A DNA stretch of 54,977 bases, counting the filler, from Bipalium vagum (Eukaryota): assembly GCA_037834085.1 (NCBI GenBank). It is 3 parts of 3 records of this genome, joined end to end, with 100 filler letters (N's around TTAATTAATTAA, not from the genome) between each part and the next. Parts side by side here need not be neighbours in the genome. Positions count along the whole stretch, not along the records: positions 16,507 to 36,096 come from JBBMKC010271918.1; positions 36,197 to 54,977 come from JBBMKC010019907.1; 1 more part is not named here. One strand, given 5' to 3'. Numbering within the stretch: the first letter of the stretch is position 1; each line of letters begins with the position of its first letter. Below the pieces are notes generated by a model, which worked only from the letters and a program-made list of their open reading frames with translations, did not search any database and had not been told where the DNA came from. A program made the translations under genes and the position numbers. Shown piece after piece: positions 26,851 to 38,975 of the stretch.

Positions 26851-28117
26851 TTAGGAGTACCCATAAGTAATTAATTATTTTTAGTATGCAGTTTTTGCTT
26901 AATTCTAGCTCAGACCCTGAATATATAAACAAGTGTTTTATTACGTTAAATTAAAGTTATTGACCTTGAATATTGATTATAATTAAATTCAAACGTTTTT
27001 ATTATTCTGATATAAAATGGCGAAGAATCAACCAAATGAGGAACATTTACGTCATTGCATACTGTTTCATTTTCGATCAGCTGTTAATGCAACTGTTGCA
27101 ACAAAGAAGATTTCTGATGTGTATGGAGACGTATTAAAAGTCAATAAATTCCAACATTGGTTTCGAAAAATTTCAAATGGTGATTTTAGCTTGTCTGATA
27201 GCGCTCGAGAGCTGGACGCCCAGTAGGGTTTGATAAAGACGCTCAAAAAGTACTGGTGGAAACAAATCCCAAAATGAGTATCCAGAAAATAGCAAAAATT
27301 CTTCAAGCTACTTGGTCAACAGTTCAAAAACATGTTAAAGAAATCGGGAAGGCTTACAGGCAGGATATATGGGTCCCACATCTATTGTCGGAGATGAATA
27401 TCAACAGCGTACAATTTGCACATCTCTTTTGTGCAGACAAAGAAATGATCCGTTTTTAAGAAGGATTGTTACTGGTGACGAGAAATGGGTCTTGTACAAC
27501 AACAAGAAGCGTACCAAGCAATGGATTTCTCCAAATCAACTAACCGTACGCATTCCGAAACCATCTCTCACTCTAAAGAAGGTATTATTGTGCGTTTAGT
27601 GGGACTGTGGTGGTATAATTCATTTTGAAGTATTGAAAACAGGAGAAACAGTTACGGCTGAATTGTATTGCCAGCAATTGGATATATTACGAAACCAATT
27701 GTTGGTAAAACGATCAGGTTTGGTTAACAGAAAAGGGGTAATATTGCAACATGATAATGCAAGATAATTTTAATAATTTTTATAATTTTAATAATAATTA
27801 ATGCAATAATAATTTACCACATCCCCTATATTTTCCAGACAGCGCAATCGGACTTTCATTTATTCCGGTCCATGGAATATTCCCTGAAGAATCAAAATTT
27901 CAAAAATACCGATGATATTCGAACTCACCTAGAATCATATTTCTCTTCAAAGGATACAGAATTTTATGGCCGGGAAATTGAAACTCTACCAACAAGATGG
28001 CAAAAGGTTCTAGACAACGAAAGAAATTATATAATCGATTAAAAATAGAAATAAATATAATTAAATTCTTTTTTTGTTTTGCCACTTAAATAATTGATTA
28101 CTTGTGGGTACTCCTAA
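26851..28117 (+). mobile_element. Near full-length mariner (1267 bp) with pseudogenised transposase, about 27017-28042
   Basis: 30-bp TIRs (TTAGGAGTACCCA[T/C]AAGTAAT[T/C]AATTATTT) with TA on both sides; WVPHLL, IVTGDEKWVLY, QHDNAR, PHPLYFPD, with frameshifts and stops. Confidence 0.95.
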
Positions 28118-28189
28118 TATTTTCCTAAAGACCCAATAAATTTAGAATTTTTAATCTGCAAAATTAAAAAGTACCTTTTAACGACTAAA

Positions 28190-28302
28190 ATAACATCTAT
28201 ATAATGGGGGATTCTTAAAATTCCTATAATATATCAATGGCAAAATTTATTTTAAAGAAAATTCCCTTATAATGGGGTCAACCTTATATCGGGGGTTGAC
28301 TG
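28190..28302. mobile_element. pogo-like terminus/MITE fragment
   Basis: Repeated (C)TTATAATGGGG subterminal motifs ending in GGGGGTTGACTG|TA. Confidence 0.5.
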
Positions 28303-28386
28303 TATTTTAAATAAGAAATGAAGATGGTTATAATTTAATCTTAATATTACTTTGATTTTATATACTTTAAATGAATAAATAATTAC

Positions 28387-28481
28387 CATAGATTTTTTCG
28401 CGATTTTGGATCAACTCCACATGAAGGTTCATCTAGCAATATTAAATCAGGGTTTCCAGTAAAACTAATGGCCATTGACAA
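28387..28481 (-). CDS. ABCA exon (Walker B/D-loop)
   Basis: [32 protein letters not shown]|gtaatt. Confidence 0.92.
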
Positions 28482-31400
28482 CTAGCATGTTTATATAATA
28501 TTATTTTTGTGAATATAATATACACAAACTCTTCTTTTGCATCCTCCAGATAATGATTTTGCTTTAGTATTCGTATATTTCTTCAAATGAACTAGTTTTA
28601 TCAGACTAAGTCGAAAATTTATTTAATAAATATACATTTATGTAAAGCACAACATAAATTTCATTATACTGAGTTGTTCAGAAAGTAATTTTTTCAAAAC
28701 TTCATTTCGATCCCATTTTAAGGTATTTGATGTCATTTAAAATTATAATTTCAATATAAATTTTTTATTGATATTTAAGGTATGATATATATTAAAAAAA
28801 ATTTTTATTTCAAGTAAATTTTTAGGTGATAATTTTAGATATATATTGACAAATTGCATATTTTGTTTTATTACTAAAAGGTAAAAATACAATAAAAAAC
28901 AATAAATAATTTGTGTAAAATGCTTATTAAGTATTAAGAAAATGATCCATTTGTGAAGTCTCTTATTAGGTTGTATTAAAAGGTTCGTGAATTCAAAATT
29001 TACATAAGCTATAATGCAATTATATGATAAAATACCAAAAAATAAACTTATTATTCTTAATATAACCTGAGTATTTACAGCTCGATGATGTAGTACAAAC
29101 TCAAAATATAAATATCAAAATCAAGCAAACGTATAATACAACGAAAAATAAATAGTTTATAAGAATGTGATAGGAAATGATGCAGATAAAATGGATCAGC
29201 CATATCCCTTTCAGCGATAATTCTTGAAAAAATGATGCTCTCTGATTGGTGAGATTTAAATGGAATTAATTTTTTTAGAGCTATTAACTGAAAAAGCAAA
29301 GTGTACTGCAATCAACTGGACATATTAAGTTCATTCATCAAAAGAAGAGACAAGAATCGATTAACAGAAAGGATGTGGTGTTCCTTTAAGACAATGCCAG
29401 TCCTCATATAAGTTGGATCACTCCTCAGAAGCTGTTACAATTTTGATCGAAGTTACATCCACGATATTCGTCAGATCAGACAACCTACAACAGATTAATT
29501 TTTTCGGTCCTTAAAAAACTCTTTAGATGGTAAAACTTTATATTCTATTAAGATCGTGTAAATAACGGAATCATATCTTGAACATTTATGAACTGGAATC
29601 ATGGTTCTACCAGAAACATCGTAGAAAGTCTTGGACCAAAACAGTCAATATGTAAAGTTGTCAAACATATTTTTAGTGCAAAATAAATTAAAATTGTTTT
29701 TCATCAAAAAAAATTTACGTTCCTAACAGCCCAATAATTAAAAGAAGCTTGTTAATTTATAATACTTTAAAGCATGGTCTTTACGTTCTTTTCTAGGTAT
29801 AAGCCGCAATGCTGAATATATCAATAAATGTTCGTAAACGGTTAAGTTCGGCCATATTGGGTTAGTCTGTGGACAAAGTCCAATCATGGCTTTGGAGCAG
29901 GCAGCCGATGATGTCAAAAATTTTTGAGTGTTTTCATCATAAATTGAGATCTAAAGTAAAAAAATCAAATTAGAAAATTTTTTGTGTAATGAAGATGTCT
30001 ATTGTTTTTAGGTTAATTTTTAAGATTAGTGCTATTCAATTTTCCAACTGATTCTGAAAATTTAACCTTATCGTGATAATGATGAAGTTAATAATTGAAA
30101 TAAATAGTAAAATTTTCATTTAAAAATTACTAGAATGTTTTAAAATTAGATATTTTTTATCAATTGATTTTGCAATTTTAACCAAGTCACTTTATCTATT
30201 TCATTAAATGAAACAGAAGACTAACTAAACATTTAATATTAAATTTAAAGAGAAACATGATTTTTTGAATTAGGTTTGAAAAGATATCTTGTGTAATATT
30301 TTCACCAAAGTCTTCACAAGTTTGGGATCTCAGCAAATTTGAAATAGTTTACGTAGACATTTTTGGCATTAATTTTTTATCTTTTGATAGGAACAAAGAA
30401 AGTTGAATTTTTTTAACTTAATAGTTTTCTACAATTAGGCTATAGGTATGACTTCTGTCACTGCCTTAAATAACCTAATACTTATGATCATTCATCATTA
30501 TTAGAAAAATGTTTTCTTTCCTTAAGTTTTAATATCTTATATTAACTAAACCCATTAAGGATCATACTCCATGATTTTTAGTTGTGGTCGTCAAATAACC
30601 GAAACCCTTTTAAAATCGAAAAAACATGAGTAGTAAATCCTTAAATTACATATAAAATCACAAATATTAACAATCGATTTTTTTATTTTATTGTTATTCG
30701 AACCCGGGACCTTTCACATGCTCATGGATTACTCCGACCACTGAGCTACATTCCCAACTAATTTTTAACGTATCTCACATCTCCAGCCTTTAGACTAGTC
30801 CATTAGTCTAGTCTATTTTCTATTACTTCAAATCGAGGCCCTTAACCACCCCGAGTTTCTTGCTACCATTTCCTTTCCTTTTCTGTTCTCTGCAGCTTAA
30901 TTTTAACTTATCTCAAAATTATTATTATTATTATTTTTTTTTTTTATTTGATTTCAGTGGTAACATTTTAGCTATGAAACCAGTTTAGAGCTTGAGCCAA
31001 ATCATAAACAAAGCATAACTATGAAATGTTATACCGGTACAATTTCAATGTTAATTTACTACCCCAATATCTAAAATTGTATATATAAGCAACTATCTGC
31101 TTTACCACTTCAATATCATCCATACATTCGTGTCCGTTTAAGGATTAATAATTATTTTGAGTGCTCAGTTTAAGAGCTGCTTTTATAAGTATTCACGGGA
31201 TCTTGCTCCTCCGGATTTCCATTTGTTCCGGTCGATGGCACATGGCCTTGCTGAGCAGCATTTCAAAACGTATGAAGATGTCGTCTCAAAACCAGAGAAG
31301 TTTTTTTGGGACGGCATCCACAAATTACCTGAAATATGGGAGAAATGTATAAATAATGATGGAAAATTTTTTGAATAAAATATTTTTATGTATCATTTGA

Positions 31401-34400
31401 AATTTTCATTTTTTGTTTGTCTCAAAAATCTGCATTTTTTCCGGTACACCTAATATTTATAAATTGAACCTTTGTTCAACAAATTAATAAATCATTTCCT
31501 ATAAAATCTTTTAAGCCTATTGATATTGATATTTATACTGATACAGGGTTTACAATTTAGCGTAATTACTTTTAACTTTAATTTATTAATTTTAAAAAGA
31601 TTTTATTTTCGAAACCTTTTATTTGGTAAATAAATAATTGAATGGTTTACTGATTTATTATTAAAAATGGATATGATTCGAAATCATATAACTCATTAAA
31701 AAAGAAAAATTGATATTTTCGCAAGATTGATATTTAGTTTTTATAACGATTAATAGAAAAGTTTAACGAAAAAGTATGATCAATATGAATTTTTTTGCTG
31801 AAAACTGTGCAATACGCAAATTAAAAAAAATCGTAGAATTTGTAAGAATGAAGGGACACGAATTAATTTTTCTTTCTCAGTACAGTCAATTTCTTTGAAG
31901 AATATTTTCTAAATAGAAAAATGTTATTATACCAAGAAAACCTGAAAATCCAAATGACTTACAACTTGCTATACTAGTTGAAGTTTCCAGTTCATGAATG
32001 AAGATAGTCAAAGATATTTCGTGCACATGAGATCATAATTAACCTATTGTATACGGAGAGAAGTTTTACATAATTATATTTTAAGTGCTTTTTATGCTAT
32101 TCTTGAACATTATAATAATCATTATTACTCTAGCTTAATTTTTATAAAATGTACTTTGGTATAGATCTTAATTGGAGAACTATTATTCATAGAAACAGAA
32201 TTTTGTAAGACCTGTGTTGCTAAGGTCCAAGTCAAAAATAAATAATTGGCCCAATAAGCCTGTCATTCATATTTGAAGAAAATACAAAAAGTTACAACTG
32301 AAAATGATTGAATTAAAGTGTAAACCATATGTTGACATTGATATATTAAAAAACATAATTTTATGGAAAATAAATATCTACTTTTCCATATGAAGGCTTC
32401 AATAAATTTGCCATACATTTTAAGGCAGTACTTTTCCCAGCTCCACTTGGACCTAATAACCCAAAAATCTCCCCTTTATTTACAACAAGATTTACATTAC
32501 TCAGAGCAATAGTTGCATGTACTTTTCGTGGAATAAATCGTTTTACTGTATGAAATATTTTGGTTACATCGCCCATCACAGCTGTTATATTATGACTCTA
32601 ATAATAAAACGATTAAAAAAATATAATAGAAAATTTACTTCATTTTCTAAAATAATGTTTTCCACTAAATCCTTTTGTTTTTCAATATCTTCATTAGCGC
32701 TTAATGCAAATCCTAAATTTATTAAAATATTGATTCTACAATAAATATAATTGATATATAAAATTTATTTATATATATAAAAATAAAAATAATAGCAAAG
32801 AAATATAATTTTAAAAATATTAATTATATAATTCCAAGTATTTTAATTAATTATTTTTCTTAATTATGTAAATAAATATTGTTTGTGAAAATCAAATTTT
32901 CACATTTTTTGTTAATGATTGAGAAAACAAGAAGTTGGAACGGGTAACATGGCGACCACACAAAATATTTTCTGCGAACTGTTCCTACCTAAGAACGTCT
33001 CTAGACTCGATGAATTAATTTTTTTCATCAAGGAATGCCAAACATCCTGAATGCCAAACAAAACCTAGATTCGTCAGAATACTCAAATTTAGATTCTCCA
33101 ATACTAAAATGTTTCGTTTTCATATTTCTTAGCCCATGTCAATCTTTTGTAAATATTAACCGGAGATAAGATCGGAATGCGGCGGCATCGATGAAACCTA
33201 AACCCGAAAGTCTGCAATCGACGAGAAATTTTCGTTTTGCTTATATTGACACTTGTAATCTTTCAAACTCTGAGGATAGGAAACATCTTGATATTTTTCG
33301 ACTTTTCAAAGCCAACATTTTTAAACATCTGTCATCACTTGGCATTGTTTTCAATGGTCTAGCATTACCTTTTGTTCTGCTTACAGTCCCAGTTGTACAT
33401 TCTTTTAAAATAATCTTCCGAACAGCAATATTGGAAACAGATAACTGATATTTTTCCAACATCATCCTACTTAATTGTCTATAGAAAAACCCTGAGTCGC
33501 GAAATACGGTTTTTGAATGGTTTTCATTTGATAATTGATAGCTACGTGTTGAGTTCATCACTGTGTACCTTTTAACCATAAGTTAAGAATTTTAAAAATA
33601 TCTTACTTCAGTATTATAAAAATAAAAAAAATGTAAATTTTTGAATTTTTAATTTTAAAACCAAATAATTTGAAATTTGAATGAATTTCATTTTGATGTA
33701 TAATTAAATTGTAATTAAATAAAGATATATTTCATGCTTATGTCATAGATTTACAATGAAACAAAGAGCAAATAATATATTTTTTACAATCGGGAAAAAA
33801 TTTTACAAAGAGTTATGAATTTCTGCAAAACTTTTATGGTGTTAATTACTTGTCTAGTTCACAAGTTCATAGATGGTTTACATGATCTAAACATGGTCCT
33901 GATGATTTAAATAACGATGAAAAGTCTGGGCGTCCGGATGTTGAAAATCGTCCACATTTGGTGGAAAAAGTACGTGAAATCATTGTTTCTGATGGTAAAA
34001 TGACTGAGAATGTTAGCAGAAAAATTAAATACAAGCGTCTTTATCATTTGGAGAATTTAACGAAAGATTTTGGTAAAAGAAAGGTTACCAAGTTTGTTCC
34101 CAATGCATTAAAAAGAAGACCAAAACCAGTTCGTGTTGAATATTGTAAAGATCTCAACACTGTTGAAAACAATCCAGATGATATTGAATCAATTATAACT
34201 GGTGATGAGACGTGGTGTTTCACATATATTCAAAACCAATCATCAAGCTAGTGAATGGAGATCAGTTGATGAGCCAATTAAATTGAATCAATTATAACTG
34301 GTGATGAGACGTGGTGTTTCACATATATTCAAAACCAATCATCAAGCTAGTGAATGGANNNNNNNNNNNNNNNNNNNNNNNNNNNNNNNNNNNNNNNNNN

Positions 34401-35459
34401 NNNNNNNNNNNNNNNNNNNNNNNNNNNNNNNNNNNNNNNNNNNNNNNNNNNNNNNNNNGATCAGTTGATGAGCCGAAAAATTACATTTTCAAAATAAAAA
34501 ATCAAGACAATGTTTATTACTTTTTATGTTCAAAAGGTAGTCCATAATTAATTTGTTTCAAAATGTCAAACTATTAATAGGGAATATTATTTATTTTAAT
34601 GTCTAACTTCATTTGTGGTCAAGAATTGTTCGAGTTAAGGCTGAATATTAAGAAGAAAAGAAGTTGTTTTCATTGCACGATGATGCCCCACACAACAAGA
34701 CTATAATAGTTTTGAATTTTTGACCAAAAATATTGGTGTTGATCTATCAACACGCGACTATTTTTTATTCCCAAAACTAAAATTGGCATTGAAAGGTGTA
34801 TTTTATGATGATATTCAAGTTATTCAATAGGCCTAGATACGAGTGCTCAAGAAAATTCCCTTAAAGGACTTTGACCGTGTCAGATTTTGTATCAAATCCC
34901 TTGGAACCTTTTTTGAATAATTATAATCTTTCATGGATAATATGTGTATTTTAATGTGTATCCATAGTGTTCGTTTATTTATATAGCAAACTGTATATGT
35001 CGTCTTCTTCAATTGGAAGGAAAATAATAAACACTATTATTTTCAGTTTTTATTTTATTTTATTTTTCGCTCTTTGTTTGAAATATTGAAATAAAAAGAA
35101 TTTTTATATATATTAATTAGCGATTATCTTTAATTTATAAGTTATTCATTTCAGAAAACAGAGCCATTTACTAAAATAGGTATCTTTTCAACTTTTAGAC
35201 TACCAAACATTTAAGCATTTGGAAGAGGAAAAACACTAGAAATATTTTATTATTCTTTAATTCTTAAACTGTATATTAATAATATAAATATTTATTTACC
35301 TTCCATCGTTGTAGAAATAGAAGTATTAAGTTGGCAATTTGATTTACGTTTTCTCATTAACTGAATTATTGTGATTTCGTCTAGTCTTGGCTTTATTACG
35401 AAAAGGTAAGAGTTATAACCAATAAAGGAAACACTCAGAAGCAATATATGAATAATATG
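28387..35459 (-). CDS. ABCA-subfamily (ABCA5-like) transporter, internal fragment from the last TM region into NBD2: complement join(35300-35459,32639-32712,32382-32597,29766-29950,28530-28605,28387-28481)
   Basis: Phase-compatible GT-AG exons; NEDIEKQK linker, Walker [18 protein letters not shown]-loop [19 protein letters not shown], signature [10 protein letters not shown], Walker [21 protein letters not shown]. Confidence 0.92.
28530..28605 (-). CDS. ABCA exon (signature motif)
   Basis: [25 protein letters not shown]|gtttgt, followed by a 48-nt intron. Confidence 0.9.
28966..29734 (+). mobile_element. Internally deleted mariner in an ABCA intron
   Basis: TA|TTAGGTTGTA.. and ..ACAGCCCAA|TA ends; [15 protein letters not shown] motif. 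Confidence 0.75.
29766..29950 (-). CDS. ABCA exon (Q-loop)
   Basis: [11 protein letters not shown]...[30 protein letters not shown]. Confidence 0.92.
30696..30755 (-). pseudogene. tRNA-derived sequence (Ala-like pseudo-tRNA or SINE head)
   Basis: GGGAATGTAGCTCAGTGGT (A box) ... AGCATGTGAAAGGTCCCGGGTTCGAAT (B box); the 3' acceptor strand is missing. Confidence 0.65.
31190..31453 (+). mobile_element. 3' end of a Mos1-like (mauritiana-type) mariner
   Basis: [25 protein letters not shown]...[22 protein letters not shown], then TIR ..GTACACCTAA|TA. Confidence 0.85.
32382..32597 (-). CDS. ABCA exon (Walker A)
   Basis: [15 protein letters not shown]...[34 protein letters not shown]|gtagat. Confidence 0.94.
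32639..32712 (-). CDS. ABCA exon (pre-NBD2 linker)
   Basis: [24 protein letters not shown]|gtaaat, followed by a 41-nt intron. Confidence 0.82.
32930..33600 (-). mobile_element. Tc1-like remnant
   Basis: ORF 33241-33579 with [19 protein letters not shown]; SDES remnant downstream. Confidence 0.75.
33740..34990 (+). mobile_element. Degraded mariner (irritans-like) spanning a 100-N gap
   Basis: [47 protein letters not shown]. Confidence 0.85.
35300..35459 (-). CDS. ABCA exon (last TM helix and basic stretch)
   Basis: ttcag|[26 protein letters not shown]...MRKRK...TTMEG|gtaaat; phase 1 fits the next exon. Confidence 0.72.
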
Positions 35460-36096
35460 CTGAAAAAGGTTTTAGTAAAGATGGCAGATATACATCTTAT
35501 ATCATAAAATATACTTTCAGAAATAATTTCAATGAAATGAGTTAAGATGATTTTAAGAAACAATTCAGAAATGAAATGCATTCAAATTATGCTATTTTTT
35601 ACAGATTCTATCGTTTACAAATATGATACCAATGATGTATACATCATATTCTCTAATCATATTCTAAAGATGTTTGCTCTCAAGAAAATCATTAGAAAAT
35701 AAAATATAACCCTTTTAGAAATTAGATATGCAAAAATATACGAAGCAATTTATTACAAAAGATAATACTAACTTGAATTGGGTTGTTCTGAAAGTCACTT
35801 TGCTTGTTTATACCTATCTTTAAATCTTAATTCAAAGACCTTTATTCATTTTAAAGGTTAATATTGTTCAATATTTAGGGTATCAAATTTAACCTGACTC
35901 CAAAACCTTAGGTGGTGCAAATCAAAGCAATCAGTAAAGAAACACGTGTATTTATACCACACCAAAATACAATACAATACACTAAAGTTCAAAGAGATAA
36001 TGCACAGGCTTGGGATCATAATAAAATGTCTGAAATGTTCCACAAATCTTACACTATCTGATCACAACACACCAAAATAAATTAAAGTATCGAATA

Positions 36097-36196
36097 NNNN
36101 NNNNNNNNNNNNNNNNNNNNNNNNNNNNNNNNNNNNNNNNTTAATTAATTAANNNNNNNNNNNNNNNNNNNNNNNNNNNNNNNNNNNNNNNNNNNN
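36097..36196. other. Artificial contig linker N44-TTAATTAATTAA-N44
   Basis: Identical to the linker at 16407-16506. Confidence 0.95.
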
Positions 36197-37127
36197 TTTA
36201 ATGACAAAATTAAAATAACATTGTATTTAACGTTCAAATTTATTCCGAAAATATCGCACGCACCCTGTACATACAAAAAATATGCATTTTCTTAGTGCGG
36301 AAATAATTAGTTGGAGCACTGTAATTTTAAAAATTAAAAGAATTATTGGTAAGTTTTGTTGAAATAAAATTGGATTTTAAATATCGGGTTCATGGGTGAA
36401 ATACGCAGTCTAAATCTATAGTAAAATAATCCAAAATTCGTCCTTTAAACGATAAGTTTCGGTTATCTTGGGATGTGTACGTATTCTTGAACGGAATGAC
36501 ATTAAATATAAAACGAATCATTTATAAAAACAATAATTGGTGGTTCAATTAAGATAATTTATTAATTAGCTTTGCAAAATTGTTCAAATAATTTATTTTC
36601 TAAAAATTATTTTTACCTTGATTAAAAATTGATGTGAATATTTTTCAAACATTGTATTTTCACCTCTCAAACTGTGAATTCATCGGTAAATCTGAGAGCG
36701 GATAAAAATGAAAGATATCAAAAAGGTTTGATATGAAAAATGGATTTTTTGTTACACTCCCCTACAAAAAAGACCAAATTACATTTCTAATTATAATTAA
36801 GTTTTTAAAATATTATTTAATATAATTATGAGGAGAAATGTAAATAATAATCAAAAATTGACGAAATATAACTGAAACAACTTTACAAATTTTTCATAAA
36901 TAATAAATTTTTGTATATTTTTATGGGAAAAATAATAAATTCAAAAATTTAATATTTTATTTAAAAAAATGTAAATTATAAAATCAATGGATTTTTCCAG
37001 TTCAATTGGTTTGTGGATAAACTCATCCTATTATGAAAACTGAAAAATAATTTTTCAATTATGTTATTAATACATTTTTTATTTATTATACTTATATTAA
37101 TACGATTTTTCTATTTCATTTTTATAG

Positions 37128-37319
37128 ATCTCTGGGAACTTAATAATCCCTTACTCGTAGGAGTTTTGAGACCTCTCATGACTGAACTGATCAAGGTGAC
37201 TTTTAAAATCTGTCAAAGAAGAAACATTTGTACTGCTTACGTTAGGTTTCCTTATTGAATCATTTAGTTACAGAAACATTTGCTGATTCACAAAGAACGT
37301 CAAGGTCAAAATATTTCAG
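37128..37319 (+). CDS. Putative two-exon fragment of an unidentified gene: join(37128-37195,37246-37319)
   Basis: AG/GT sites, a 50-nt intron and an open frame (D)LWELNNPLLVGVLRPLMTELIKVSLLNHLVTETFADSQRTSRSKYFR; no homology recognised. Confidence 0.3.
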
Positions 37320-37552
37320 GTGGTTTGTCAATTGTTAGGCATTACACAATTTTTTTCGATAAATAAGGATAAATAGTATTATATAAGAAGTTCTTAAAGT
37401 ATATAAATAAAATATAACATCATTATAAAGAAAGTTTATTATAAAATAATAGCATTTTGGTCCCATAACTCCAAAGATGTAAAAATAAAAATCATGTTGA
37501 GATCTCTGATTTTCAGAAACGTATCAATTTCTTATTTACATATTTACGTATA

Positions 37553-38975
37553 TTAGGTCATTCGGAAAGAAATGACGCATTTTGGGACCAAACTTTAAAC
37601 TGTCATAACTAGGCCAATTTAAACATTTTTATTATAAATAAACAGAAATCTATGCATTTTTTCCAATGTGATAATAATTTATTGATTCCAATATGAAAAA
37701 ATCTTGATTTTTTGACCCAATGAAATCTTTAAAGACTGTTTCAATATGTCATTGATTTTTAACTCTCTAATCTTCAAGAAGTGATCGGATGTTTGAATAA
37801 ATGAAAATCTGTGGAAGCCAAATTCGGTGAGTATGTTAGGTGAGGAAGAGCTTCATATATTAACTCATACAGTACTTGTACGATAATTGGTAAAACATGA
37901 GGAGGGGCATTCTTTGAAGGATTATAGGACTATTCCGATTGTCTAACAACGACTGTTCTTGAGCTGATTTTTTGTGCATTTCCTCCAACTACTCACAGTA
38001 CAATGTCTCAGTGATTATGTTTGGCAATTTTCATGAAAGAAAAGTGAATAACTTCTGCAGTTGACCATCAAATAGTAATCATGCACTTCTTTGGATGGAG
38101 ATTCATTTTTGGAAACTTTTGGGGCTATTCATGAGCTGATAACCATTTTACAAAAAGTTTGCGGTTAAAATAAACAATCCACTTTTCATCACAAATAATG
38201 ATACAATCCAAGAAGGGATGGAATGTCTTCTAAGGAGAAATGTTACTATATCTAGTCGTCTTTACTTTTGAATTTCCCTAAGATTAGAAAATAAGATAAG
38301 AATATNNNNNNNNNNNNNNNNNNNNNNNNNNNNNNNNNNNNNNNNNNNNNNNNNNNNNNNNNNNNNNNNNNNNNNNNNNNNNNNNNNNNNNNNNNNNNNN
38401 NNNNNNNNNNNNNNNNNNNNNNNNNNNNNNNNNNNNNNNNNNNNNATATAAATAATAAGATTAGAATATAAGGTAAAACCAATAAATCCATTTTCTTCAG
38501 TTTCCCAATCATCTTTAGATGTTCTTTCTGCCACATCTCACATACTTTTTCTTGGGTCTTTCTGGACTATTTGTTTTAAAAGATCGTCACAAGATCAGAA
38601 GGTCGCCAGGCTTCTTTTAATCTTCAAGAGATTCATTTCCACTTCGGAACTTCTGGAACCATCTCTGCACTGTGCACTTAACTGCAGTGCCATCTCCCAA
38701 ACCTTTGTTAATATTCTCAACAATTTCCATTACCTTATGACCGAATCTGAATTTCTGAAGCATTATTTTACAAAAGCGATTCTGACAATAATAAGAGTTT
38801 GTTCGCTTATAACTAAAAAATAATATCCTTTTAATTAAAATGTTTGCAACATATAGAATTATATTAAATTATAATGATAAATAACATCGAAAATCAATCA
38901 GAAATAGATATTATTTATAGAATTCCTTGAACGATTTGACTTAAAAATTGCTCCATTACTTTCCGAATGATCTAA
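37553..38975 (-). mobile_element. Full-span degraded mariner containing a 140-N gap
   Basis: TIRs TTAGGTCATTCGGAAAG / CTTTCCGAATGATCTAA with TA flanks; HLKMIGKLKKMD, IICDEKWIVYFN, LPHLTYSPNLASTDFH. Confidence 0.9.

Noticed and set aside
34183-34475. Exact 77-nt direct duplication (34183-34259 and 34282-34358) beside the 100-N gap
   Set aside because: The sequence resumes seamlessly after the gap; this is most likely a scaffolding overlap artefact within a mariner.
36615-36762. Splice-like sites suggesting an extra exon on either strand
   Set aside because: In-frame stops or missing acceptors; no consistent model and no homology.
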